The notes beneath the pieces were generated by a model. That model did no database searches. It had not been told where the DNA came from and was given only the letters and a program-made list of their open reading frames with translations. From a virus, in IMG/VR virus record IMGVR_UViG_3300045988_034373, positions 117,963-181,962 of that record: a DNA stretch of 64,000 nucleotides, one strand, 5' to 3'. Position 1 is the stretch's first letter; every line of letters begins with the position of its first letter. Shown piece after piece: positions 40,025 to 48,960 of the stretch. A program made the position numbers and the translations under genes.

Positions 40025-40861
40025 TTATTTCTTAGATGCACTTTCTTCTAAGTACATATCAGGATAAGTATCTCTCTTAATAAGTTCAAGTACCTTACTG
40101 TTAGTAGGGTTCTTCATCCAAGTGATTACTGCATCGTCAGTTGCACCTAATACAATGCTATCACCATATAGATAAACCTTATTCTTAACGTATATGACAT
40201 TCTTGTCTTTAGCGTCAATAAACATCAATCTCAGATTAATATCTCCACCAGTGTATAGGTCAATAATCTTCTCTGGAGATTTATGTGATATTTCAAGCAA
40301 GTAGTCTGTAATGTCTGCGTCTGGTGCGTTACGCATATTCTTACCAAGCAATCTAGCTTTAAGTGCTCTACCTTCTGCACCTTTAGGGTCACCATAGATG
40401 TAAGAGTCAGCATCGTGGATAAGTTTCTTCTTAGAGATTCTCTTAGCAGTATCATATCCAGGTCTTTCTACATATAGTTCAGCTGTACCATAACGAGCAC
40501 GAGCCTTACCCTCAGCTATTTCACCATCAATTAGTAAATTTCCTTTAGAGTCCCTTGCATCTCTTGATAATGCAATAAGAGGACAATGTTGTATTGAGTG
40601 CCACTCAGCAGCCTGCCATTCATCATTTAGATTAAATGTAGTACCATCTTCAATGATGAACACTTTATTCTCAGGAATAAGTGGTTTACCTTCATTTCTA
40701 TCCTTGTCAGAGATAATCATATCACCCTTACTATCTACTGGTCTCACGCAATCAGGGAATCTACCAGTCTTTGGGTCCCTAACAGGATTCATGAAGTACT
40801 TCTGCCCAACTTTACCGAACACACTTCTTAAAATAATTATATCGTCTAAAACATCAGCCAT
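40025..40861 (-). CDS. Hypothetical head-module protein (278 aa)
   Basis: Lies downstream of the putative MCP. No recognisable motif. Confidence 0.7.
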   Translation of the reverse strand: MADVLDDIIILRSVFGKVGQKYFMNPVRDPKTGRFPDCVRPVDSKGDMIISDKDRNEGKPLIPENKVFIIEDGTTFNLNDEWQAAEWHSIQHCPLIALSRDARDSKGNLLIDGEIAEGKARARYGTAELYVERPGYDTAKRISKKKLIHDADSYIYGDPKGAEGRALKARLLGKNMRNAPDADITDYLLEISHKSPEKIIDLYTGGDINLRLMFIDAKDKNVIYVKNKVYLYGDSIVLGATDDAVITWMKNPTNSKVLELIKRDTYPDMYLEESASKK

Positions 40862-40963
40862 ATTAATTCGTATTTTTATTGTATATCATACATCATCTTT
40901 ATAATGAGTATGAGAGGGACTATAGATTAGCCCCTCCCAACACATCTTGATTATATATTTTTA

Positions 40964-42385
40964 TTACGCTTCTTTCATGATGAAGCTTCTGTATGGAGAG
41001 AATACTCCAACACCAGAATAACCCCAGTTGATTACCTTAGATGCAGCTGTAGTACTTGAAACAATACCAGAGCTTAGACCATCTAAACCACCCACACCTG
41101 GATACTTGTTAGTAATGAAGTCACCACCCTTTAATGTAAACATTTGGATAGCTGGTTCACCGCTAGTCTTATCAGCAGTAAGGTCAAGCATTAGACCAAA
41201 GCCCTTCTCAGAACCCCATTCACGAGAGAATGTTCTGTCTACCTTGAATGAAATAGTATTACCACCGATTTCATAGCTATTGAATGTAGCACCAACGTCT
41301 ACATATCCATTAGCCTTCTTAGACCATAGATAAGTACCACAAGTTTTGAATCTTGCAAGCCACTCTGATAGGCAGCTTTGGATGTCATTCCACATCTTCT
41401 CGTTGCAGATGAATACGTACTTATTACCAGTTGGGTTTTCACTCTTCTCATTCATCATAGCCATAGCTGTAGTGAATGCTTCTGGAGTAAGTTTATTGTA
41501 AACATACTTAGATGCAAATCTCTCGATTTGTGGGATGATACCATCACCAATGTAGATTGGACGACCAGTGTCAGGGTCAGAGATTGTTGGTTTACCGTTC
41601 TTATCTACGTTAGTCTTATTGAATAATAGACCTTGGTTACGAACTTCCAAGAAGTTTCTTAATAGATTCTTCTCAAGAGTATCCATCTTGTACATTGTTT
41701 CCTTAACAGCACCATTGCCTTCACCTTTACCAATGCTGATAAATGTTTGCTCTAGTGGCTTGAATAGAGAAGTATAGCTGTCATCAACACGGTGTGTAGT
41801 GATGTAACCTCTATGTCTCTCAATGTTAGATTGATACTTAACATAACCCTCTTCGTGTGCCTCAGGCATAGCGTTAGATTGGAATCTTGTAGTGTCACCA
41901 ATCTGACATCCGTCTAGGTCTAGGATTGAAGAATAGTCGTTATCAATTAGTCTTACTTCAACAGTCCAATAATTATCTGCAACTCTTGTAGGTCTGGAGA
42001 TAACTTGGCATTGCTGCATTGTTTTGTCAATCTTAAAAATGTCATACTTCTGGTAATAGTTCTCTTTGAAAGCCATTACGATGGTTGTACCACCTTCACC
42101 ATTAGTTGCTGGAACATCTGCGAACTCAACTCTCTTGATGTAGTTGGTTTCAACTTCCCACTCGAAGTACATACTATCAATACTTCTGTATTTGCTATTT
42201 GACTTAGAATCCATGTAGAAGATGTTTCTTAGAGATTCTGTCAAGTAAGAAGCAGTTAGGTTAGGGTAGAGTCTTGAAACTATACCAAGTCTAGTTGGTT
42301 TTGTGCCTAAGAACTTATAGAAATCCTCATAAGTTCTAGTTTCGCTCATTGTAGGGCGATTGGTTACGAAATTTGCTACTATCAT
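40964..42385 (-). CDS. Putative major capsid protein (473 aa)
   Basis: Lies immediately after an acidic coiled-coil scaffold-like gene, which is the canonical scaffold-then-MCP order. The size fits HK97-fold MCPs, and the gene sits in a cassette bracketed by a promoter and a strong terminator. No direct sequence match could be run. Confidence 0.6.
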   Translation of the reverse strand: MIVANFVTNRPTMSETRTYEDFYKFLGTKPTRLGIVSRLYPNLTASYLTESLRNIFYMDSKSNSKYRSIDSMYFEWEVETNYIKRVEFADVPATNGEGGTTIVMAFKENYYQKYDIFKIDKTMQQCQVISRPTRVADNYWTVEVRLIDNDYSSILDLDGCQIGDTTRFQSNAMPEAHEEGYVKYQSNIERHRGYITTHRVDDSYTSLFKPLEQTFISIGKGEGNGAVKETMYKMDTLEKNLLRNFLEVRNQGLLFNKTNVDKNGKPTISDPDTGRPIYIGDGIIPQIERFASKYVYNKLTPEAFTTAMAMMNEKSENPTGNKYVFICNEKMWNDIQSCLSEWLARFKTCGTYLWSKKANGYVDVGATFNSYEIGGNTISFKVDRTFSREWGSEKGFGLMLDLTADKTSGEPAIQMFTLKGGDFITNKYPGVGGLDGLSSGIVSSTTAASKVINWGYSGVGVFSPYRSFIMKEA

Positions 42386-42401
42386 ACTTTATAATTTAAA
42401 T

Positions 42402-43493
42402 TTAATCTAAATCATCAATTGTTAATACTTTCTTAGCAGGGGCAGCCTTACTACCTGCTGGTTTTTTGACCACTGTCTTAGCTGCATTTGGAGCTTTACC
42501 TCCCTTAGCATCCTCAAATCCTTTATTATAATTATATTTAGATGCTTCTGTAATCTTCTGTTTGTAATAATCAGAAATTTGACTAAACGCCTCCTGTCCT
42601 TTAAGTGCGTACCAAACCATACCCACCAAGGTCTTAGGGTCATTCAATGCTTTAGCAATGTGTCTCACTCCTGCAACATCTGAATCTAAGATAAAGCTAG
42701 CAATTTCATTCATATCGTCCTCAGACAAGGTTAGTGAGGACTCACCCAAGTCAATGGTATCATTCTCTTGAATTGCAGCTACAATAGTATCTTCGAACTC
42801 TTGAGCAGCTTTCTCTGCTGCTAATCTTTGTTCTTCTTCCTCTTGTTGAGCTAGCAACTCTTCTTTCTTCTTATACTCGTTGCGGATACCTTGAACCTTC
42901 TTCTGATATAATGCTTCATGCTGTTTAGCTAATTCTAATTCAGCAGCAGCATCTTCGTCAGTAAGCTCTGGGATTTTAGCTTTTAAATCTATAAGATACA
43001 GTTCATCATCTGGAATGGAATCAACCTCATAGGTAGGAGTTTCTGAATCATTACTAGCTAAGTACTCTTGAATAGCTTGTTGAGCAATATACTTCTTATA
43101 TTCCTCTGCACTCAGATTGTTCTCTCTTAACTCGTTAATAAGGCTAACCTCATCTTCTGCTAAACCATAATCGTCATTTGACTCATCATAATTTAGGATT
43201 TGAAGCTGCTCTTCTCTTGAAAGCTCATTAAAACTCTTCTCTTCGATTTCTCCTGTTTCACTCTCAAATTTGATAGCTTCAGGATTGATTCCTTTATCTT
43301 TTAGTAGGGCAACGATAATGTCCTCATCTTCTGTCTCGTTAGTTGGCTCATCCCCGTGAACTTCCTCGTCTTGTGGTACAGAACCATCAAGCCACGGCTT
43401 CTCATAGGTATCCTCATCAAACTCGGCTTCGGGAGTTACGTCTTCGTCTAATCCTACATCGTCAATGTCTAAATCCTCTAATTTCATATCCAT
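42402..43493 (-). CDS. Putative scaffolding protein (363 aa, highly acidic, coiled-coil)
   Basis: Extreme Asp/Glu content at the N-terminus, a central heptad-like segment QKKVQGIRNEYKKKEELLAQQEEEEQRLAAEKAAQEFE, and a basic C-terminal tail. Positioned directly upstream of the putative MCP. Confidence 0.5.
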   Translation of the reverse strand: MDMKLEDLDIDDVGLDEDVTPEAEFDEDTYEKPWLDGSVPQDEEVHGDEPTNETEDEDIIVALLKDKGINPEAIKFESETGEIEEKSFNELSREEQLQILNYDESNDDYGLAEDEVSLINELRENNLSAEEYKKYIAQQAIQEYLASNDSETPTYEVDSIPDDELYLIDLKAKIPELTDEDAAAELELAKQHEALYQKKVQGIRNEYKKKEELLAQQEEEEQRLAAEKAAQEFEDTIVAAIQENDTIDLGESSLTLSEDDMNEIASFILDSDVAGVRHIAKALNDPKTLVGMVWYALKGQEAFSQISDYYKQKITEASKYNYNKGFEDAKGGKAPNAAKTVVKKPAGSKAAPAKKVLTIDDLD

Positions 43494-43518
43494 ATTATTC
43501 CCCTTTTAAAGTTATTTG

Positions 43519-43549
43519 CAAAATTAAGGAAATTTTAGGGGTGTCCAAA
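43519..43549 (-). promoter_or_regulatory. Bacteroides-type promoter (-33 TTTG / -7 TAATTTTG) upstream of the scaffold/MCP genes
   Basis: The minus strand reads TTTG (43549-43546), a 19-nt spacer, then TAATTTTG (43526-43519) followed by CA. It lies 26 nt upstream of the ATG at 43493. Confidence 0.5.
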
Positions 43550-43593
43550 ATGAAATGCTGAAATTCATTAATATTTGAGAACACCCCTAATTA

Positions 43594-44187
43594 TTATCCT
43601 TGTATTGCCTTGATATAATTCAATATACCTTGTACGTGTAGGCGAGCTATAGTTGCTCTACCCTCATCTGATAGTAGGTACTCTACGTCTGCCTTATTAT
43701 CTTGAAACAGATTCTCTGTTAAAACTGCTGGGCATTTAGTCTCCCTGCATATAGCTAGATTCTGCTTCCAATATACTTGTGTTTGTGAATATTTCCTTAG
43801 TGTTAAACCCTCTTTACGTGCTGCTTCAAACAAGCACTCTGCCAGTCTCTTACTCTTACTTGAGCTATTGTTGGAGATGAATACACTCCAACCTTTAGCG
43901 TTCATCCAATCTGCCCCGCTACCAGCAGCATTACAGTGAATCGACACCAATACAGTATTAGCTTTTCCATGTATATCACAGTATTGGTTTACTATTCGGC
44001 ATCTTTGCATAAGTGGTACATCTACATCATCTGTAACTACCAACTCAACATTAAAGCCTTTATCAGTTAATTGTTTCTTTACCTCGTTAGCAATCTCTCT
44101 GCAATATTTATACTCCCTAAGTCTTCCGTCTGGACTTCTTTTACCTGGAGTAGACTCCCCGTGACCTGCATCTAATAGAATTATCAT
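43594..44187 (-). CDS. N-acetylmuramoyl-L-alanine amidase (Amidase_3 family endolysin)
   Basis: MIILLDAGHGESTPGKRSPDG..., VLVSIHCNAAG and PAVLTENLFQDN match the Amidase_3 Zn-ligand and core motifs (DxGHG, SIHxNA, E..F.sN). Confidence 0.88.
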   Translation of the reverse strand: MIILLDAGHGESTPGKRSPDGRLREYKYCREIANEVKKQLTDKGFNVELVVTDDVDVPLMQRCRIVNQYCDIHGKANTVLVSIHCNAAGSGADWMNAKGWSVFISNNSSSKSKRLAECLFEAARKEGLTLRKYSQTQVYWKQNLAICRETKCPAVLTENLFQDNKADVEYLLSDEGRATIARLHVQGILNYIKAIQG

Positions 44188-44498
44188 AGTTTACTAAATT
44201 TTAGACAAGTGTCAAGAATATTAAGCGTTATCTTACCTTCTTCATCCAACTTATTTATAGCATCCTTTATAACCTTTATATGCTCGAAGGTAAACTCATA
44301 CGTTTTAAGTACCTCCTTAGAAGGGTCCCACGATACTTTGCCATCTACCTCTTTGTAGCCTATTGACTTCTTCTCTTCTTCATTAAACTTAACTAGCTTT
44401 ACTATATCAAGAACTTCAACAAGTTCCTGCAGCCTACCAGTTGTGGGTAATATACTTACAAGAGTCAGTCTATCTAAAACATTTAATTGTACTTCCAT
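44184..44498 (-). CDS. Hypothetical protein (104 aa), ATGA-coupled to the endolysin gene
   Basis: Clear ATG. The TGA stop overlaps the amidase ATG. No TM segment, so it is not an obvious holin. Confidence 0.7.
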   Translation of the reverse strand: MEVQLNVLDRLTLVSILPTTGRLQELVEVLDIVKLVKFNEEEKKSIGYKEVDGKVSWDPSKEVLKTYEFTFEHIKVIKDAINKLDEEGKITLNILDTCLKFSKL

Positions 44499-44499
44499 A

Positions 44500-47400
44500 T
44501 TAATAATTTCTCCATCCTACTATTAATCCATTTACTATCCTTATCTTATACTTTCCGCTTCTTTTACCAGCCCTATCTATTTCTGTTAGCTCTCCAGTCC
44601 AGCCTCCATAATAGTTGCCCAACTTTGGCATACCTCCGTTTCCGTCATTATCTATAGAGTGTCCTTGAGCATCAGTACTAATCATTCCACCATCTGAGAA
44701 TTGACATCTTGTTGTTATACCTGCTCCTGCATGAATTGATGCTGTACAATATAGGCTTCCATCAAAAAATCCCGCTAACATGTAACTGTTATGAGGAGTT
44801 GTAGTTGGAGGGTTAGTTGAATCAACAACTGCTGCCCATAGGGCTGCATTCATGTGTCCAGTCACTTTAATACCATACCTATTATCACTTTTGCTAAAGG
44901 AGTTAGCATAATTAAATATTTCGAAGAACGCTGTATTCGAGTCAAATAAGTCCTTTCTTCCTACACCCAATTTAAAACCTGCTCTTGCAGAAATCGCTTC
45001 AGCATACCCATCTTGTTCTATTTGCCACAATACAGTTTTAGCATCATCAAAGATACTATATGTTACTGGCTTTATAAATATTTGTCCAATCCTTCCAGAG
45101 TCAGCCTCTATAGTACCTCGAACATATGCATTCTTCATGTAGGCATTATTAAAGTATGCATCCCAGCCATAAATGTTTCCGTTTGAATCAATCTTGGCAT
45201 TCATTTGGTGGGTGCCAGGAATTGGTACTCTAGTTCCATCTTCTCTCCATTCTGATTGCTCACCCCAGATTTCTAATCCATAAGCTTTAACCCATCCATT
45301 AATGTCAAGATAAATGTTATTCACTTTACCATCATCACTAAACAACCCACTTAGCTTCATAGCTGGATTGCCTGCAATACTAAATACAAACTGGTCAGCA
45401 TTCATGTAAATCTCAGTCTTATTCCTATAAGTAGGATTGCCGTTCTCGTCTAAGATAGGTTCGCCTTCAAGGTTGAGTGCTGGTACTTGGTCAATAGTTC
45501 CATCTGCATTAACTACATCCCTAATTTCTAAACCTGCATTTCTAAACTTCAATAATATACTCTCCTCTGAGAAGTCCACTATAGAAGTGCCATTATTAAG
45601 GTAGAACTCTCCAGTTAAGAATACATTCTCACCATATAGACCATAACCATAAGGCTGTTTAGTCCCAAAGATTTCATTATGTATTCCTGATAGATTACCT
45701 AACCTAACCTTAGTAATCTTAGTATATGTACACCTATATTCCTTATTCTTGAACAATAGGGCTGAGTCCATTGTCGGAACTTCAGTTAAGAAGTAACCAT
45801 ATTCAGCTGGATTATTAAGTATCTCCTGTGTAATTTGAGTATTCTCGCCATCATTTATAAGAACTTGATTCTTATCCTTAGTCTTTAAGAATATCAGTGG
45901 GTGCTTCTTGTCAGTCTTACCTCCGAAGTTATCTGGATTTACACTGCCAGGATTAGTAGTTTGATAGTAGAAGTCACTAGCATCTTCTCTTACATATATA
46001 TCACCTTTCTTCTTAATATTAGCTTTCTTAGTAGCCCAAGTTGGGGTAACATATAATACAGAATAGTCTGGTCTATTAAGACCTGCTAATACATCAATGT
46101 AAGGACCGCAATCGTCAGTAGAAGTAATATAAACAGCATTCTGTCTTTCTATGTTGTAGATATTACCCATCTGAACCATATCATCATCCTTAGCTATATC
46201 ATCAAGTCTTTCATCCTTAGTAATAGCATTGCCATCAGCTTTACCATTATCGGTAGTTCTTGCAGGCTCATACTCATTAGTATTTGAATTGTAGAGTGTT
46301 TCAGTCTTATTATACTGAGTATCATTAAAGCTCTGCTCAAACTTAATTAAGTTACCTTCATCATCATATGACACCTCTGTATAGGTATCAAATACTGATA
46401 ATGCTTTCTGCATTATATAAGTATAAGAGTCAACCTGGGATGTTACAATAGCATCATAGTATTTAATGTTTCCATTATTATACTTCTGACACCTAACAAT
46501 ATCACCTGGCTTAAAGTAAGGATAGTCCTCGTTCTTACACTCCACTACCCATATATTCGACTGTGAGGGCACTCCTGAGTCTGGCTCCTGTAGTCCAAAG
46601 TACTTATAATAGGGATAGACACTGTATATGTTTGAACCATCACTAGATGTTTTACCATCCTTTTTATAGTTCACTTCTCTACTCTTAGGAACTATGAAAA
46701 ACTGTGTTCTCTTATTAAAGGTGTCTACGTTAGCCCATTTTTTAGGTACTGTACCTGCAAGTGGTCCTTCTCCTTCTGTGTCCCATTCGGTTACTTCTCT
46801 TGATTTAGTGATATATATAACCTTAATATTACTCTTATAAGTGTTAAACACTTTCTCAGTAATTATACCAGGACTAGGATTACTAACACTATAATCATCC
46901 CATGACTTATCCAATACACTTAAATCATACAAACTGCTCGGACCTTTAAACAGCGGACTATTAATCACTACTGTAATGTCCTTAACATAGATAATGAAGT
47001 TATAGTCTATGAAAGCCTTAGCTGTATAACTACCACTAGCATTAGCTAATTGTGTAGTAAACTCCTCTGTTACTGAATAATTATCACGTAAGTCATTAAA
47101 TAAGAAATAATTATTAGATGGGATTAGCTTCTCTAAATTACTTTTAGCATCTTCAGTTCCCCATGTACCAATCCCTTGCAAATCTTGCTGAGTTATGATT
47201 TTGGGCTGATAAGCTGCTGTACACTTACTGGAATTACTAACCCATAAGCTGCCATTGGTTGCACTAATCTTATTAATAACCATTTCATAAACTCTCATAG
47301 CCTTACGAACTACAAGATAATCTATAGTTAATGTATTAGTATCAGCATCAAGTCTCCAACCATAACCTCCGAATCCAGATGCAAACTCTGGAGAAGTTAA

Positions 47401-48000
47401 ACTGCCACTTGTTACTAAATCACCATACATACGAACATTCTGGTTAAATGTCCAGTTATTCTCTGATACACCTTTACCCTTAAATGTCCAATTACCTGTA
47501 ATGTATTCATCTACTCTCTTCTTAGCCAAATCATCTGCGGAGTAACCACCTATAAATTCGACATTTAGATTGTTTACTAACTTAGAAGAAGCCACTATTA
47601 AAGGAGGACCAACAGTGTTAATTTCTAACTGTCCTGTCATTGTGTCTCCCTTACGTCTTACATACCCATCACCAGCACCTTCTGCTGCCTCTATTAGAGC
47701 TACATATCTCTCATCATAAGAAATATATAGGGTAGTTGTAAGTGTGTTATAAATGAAGAATCCATCTCCAGGATACTCCATCTGCTCCATCTCAAGTAAG
47801 CTCCCAACTATAATAGTCTGGCTTTTAATTTCTGACTCAGTAGCCTTGTCAAGCAATGCTAATACATCACTTAGAACTCTTGAATTATTACCAGTCTTTA
47901 TGTAGACCTTTCCAAGAGTTTCAAGTACTAAATCAGTGTACTTATTGCCAACTATAACTTTATCACTCCCTAAGAATGACTCTGTTCTAATGTTGTCCAT
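44500..48000 (-). CDS. Tail fibre/spike protein (1,166 aa)
   Basis: Contains the fibre-type motif RRKGDTMTGQLEI (about 47622-47652). Long beta-rich sequence in the fibre gene cluster. Confidence 0.7.
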   Translation of the reverse strand: MDNIRTESFLGSDKVIVGNKYTDLVLETLGKVYIKTGNNSRVLSDVLALLDKATESEIKSQTIIVGSLLEMEQMEYPGDGFFIYNTLTTTLYISYDERYVALIEAAEGAGDGYVRRKGDTMTGQLEINTVGPPLIVASSKLVNNLNVEFIGGYSADDLAKKRVDEYITGNWTFKGKGVSENNWTFNQNVRMYGDLVTSGSLTSPEFASGFGGYGWRLDADTNTLTIDYLVVRKAMRVYEMVINKISATNGSLWVSNSSKCTAAYQPKIITQQDLQGIGTWGTEDAKSNLEKLIPSNNYFLFNDLRDNYSVTEEFTTQLANASGSYTAKAFIDYNFIIYVKDITVVINSPLFKGPSSLYDLSVLDKSWDDYSVSNPSPGIITEKVFNTYKSNIKVIYITKSREVTEWDTEGEGPLAGTVPKKWANVDTFNKRTQFFIVPKSREVNYKKDGKTSSDGSNIYSVYPYYKYFGLQEPDSGVPSQSNIWVVECKNEDYPYFKPGDIVRCQKYNNGNIKYYDAIVTSQVDSYTYIMQKALSVFDTYTEVSYDDEGNLIKFEQSFNDTQYNKTETLYNSNTNEYEPARTTDNGKADGNAITKDERLDDIAKDDDMVQMGNIYNIERQNAVYITSTDDCGPYIDVLAGLNRPDYSVLYVTPTWATKKANIKKKGDIYVREDASDFYYQTTNPGSVNPDNFGGKTDKKHPLIFLKTKDKNQVLINDGENTQITQEILNNPAEYGYFLTEVPTMDSALLFKNKEYRCTYTKITKVRLGNLSGIHNEIFGTKQPYGYGLYGENVFLTGEFYLNNGTSIVDFSEESILLKFRNAGLEIRDVVNADGTIDQVPALNLEGEPILDENGNPTYRNKTEIYMNADQFVFSIAGNPAMKLSGLFSDDGKVNNIYLDINGWVKAYGLEIWGEQSEWREDGTRVPIPGTHQMNAKIDSNGNIYGWDAYFNNAYMKNAYVRGTIEADSGRIGQIFIKPVTYSIFDDAKTVLWQIEQDGYAEAISARAGFKLGVGRKDLFDSNTAFFEIFNYANSFSKSDNRYGIKVTGHMNAALWAAVVDSTNPPTTTPHNSYMLAGFFDGSLYCTASIHAGAGITTRCQFSDGGMISTDAQGHSIDNDGNGGMPKLGNYYGGWTGELTEIDRAGKRSGKYKIRIVNGLIVGWRNY

Positions 48001-48277
48001 TGTTCGCTTTCAACGTTTTAAATATTCTCTCGAACTCATCAATGTCAGCCTCACCAAACTTAACTGGTTTACCAAATAGCTTAACGACATATCCGTCTTT
48101 AGCACGAGTCTTCATAACGTCACGTAGCGCATTTCCAAATAAATCTATGTTTATATTACCACCCTTATCGAGGAATGGTTCCAAATACATTCCATACTTG
48201 TCCTCCATGTTATTAACTACGTAAGTTATGAGAGCATCAGTACCTATTGTGTTTATGCCGAATAAGTTACCTACCAA
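47987..48277 (-). CDS. Small hypothetical protein; start uncertain (TTG, or fusion to an upstream 20-codon ORF across an A6 run)
   Basis: The ORF-track start is TTG at 48277. There is no in-frame ATG until residue 24. A short ATG-initiated ORF (48329-48267) is TAATG-coupled to the upstream gene and is out of frame by one A of an A6 run (plus-strand T6 at 48279-48284). Confidence 0.55.
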   Translation of the reverse strand: MVGNLFGINTIGTDALITYVVNNMEDKYGMYLEPFLDKGGNINIDLFGNALRDVMKTRAKDGYVVKLFGKPVKFGEADIDEFERIFKTLKANNGQH

Positions 48278-48328
48278 GTTTTTTAGTGAATGTGTTTGCT
48301 GCTTGAAATATCAATTCCTTGTCACTCA

Positions 48329-48769
48329 TTATTTAGCTGTTTTATTCATCATGAGTTCATCAAATCTCTTCTTCATCTCTGGGTCACTTTCCATTAATTC
48401 TAATAATGTGTTAACCTTCTCTTCTTTTGCCTTAATCTGTGATTGTATAAACTCCTTACTCTTTCTAATAGTAGCTAATAGATTCTCAGCTGCTACTTTA
48501 CCATCAGGGGAGTTTACATATTCCGCACTAAACTTAGTACCTAAGAATGCCATGAATCCTGCTTCATAGGTCTGTTTAGCCATTTGATATTCTTGTGTTT
48601 TAGCCAATACGTTCTGCTCATCAACAGACAACGACCCAACCTCCCTGTTTATTTCATCAAGGATGGGTTGAGTCTTCTGTTGTGCTTGCTGAGCTTGTTG
48701 CATTACTTGTAATTGTTGCAGGTATTGGTTCTGTAAGTCAGTGTAATTACTGCCAAAAAATTCTGCCAT
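48329..48769 (-). CDS. Hypothetical Gln-rich protein (146 aa)
   Basis: First gene after the 48837-48868 promoter. Has a Gln-rich N-terminus (QQLQVMQQAQQAQQ) and helical character. Confidence 0.75.
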   Translation of the reverse strand: MAEFFGSNYTDLQNQYLQQLQVMQQAQQAQQKTQPILDEINREVGSLSVDEQNVLAKTQEYQMAKQTYEAGFMAFLGTKFSAEYVNSPDGKVAAENLLATIRKSKEFIQSQIKAKEEKVNTLLELMESDPEMKKRFDELMMNKTAK

Positions 48770-48836
48770 AATTTGTTGTGTTTGTGTGTGTTTTTATACC
48801 CAATCTGTTAAGCGCACTTCTTTAATTTTCATAGTG

Positions 48837-48868
48837 CAAAGTTAATGATTCTTAAAGGTCATACCAAA
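48837..48868 (-). promoter_or_regulatory. Bacteroides-type promoter (-33 TTTG / -7 TAACTTTG) in the 191-nt intergenic region
   Basis: The minus strand reads TTTG (48868-48865), a 20-nt spacer, then TAACTTTG (48844-48837) followed by CACT. It lies 68 nt upstream of the ATG at 48769. Confidence 0.55.
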
Positions 48869-48960
48869 AAGAAATATTGTTAATCAATGTTAACTACAAA
48901 ATAATTGTATTAAAATATTCAAAAATCATTTCCTATGATATAACTAGCTTATATAATTGG

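Noticed and set aside
40914-40936. 8-bp minus-strand-specific hairpin (GAGGGGCU / AGUCCCUC) just after the putative MCP stop, considered as a terminator
   Set aside because: No U-tract follows it. It is recorded only as a possible stabiliser or attenuator within the head cassette finding.
36447-42202. Plus-strand ORFs of 60-103 aa (36447..36752, 37632..37943, 37765..38058, 41028..41276, 41378..41626, 42005..42202) antisense to structural genes
   Set aside because: These are shadow ORFs within confidently coding minus-strand genes. None sits in an intergenic gap or has a promoter-like element.
43537-43588. Inverted repeat AGGGGTGT ... ACACCCCT directly downstream of the endolysin stop, considered as a terminator
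   Set aside because: It is an 8-bp stem with a 36-nt loop and no following U-tract on the minus strand, and it overlaps the proposed -33 box. It may have some regulatory role, but it does not meet intrinsic-terminator criteria.
48770-48960. Longest intergenic region (191 nt), inspected for a tRNA, small RNA or repeat array
   Set aside because: There is no cloverleaf-compatible arms or GTTCRA-type T-loop, and only weak AT-only 5-7 bp stems. The region is better explained as a promoter/leader region.
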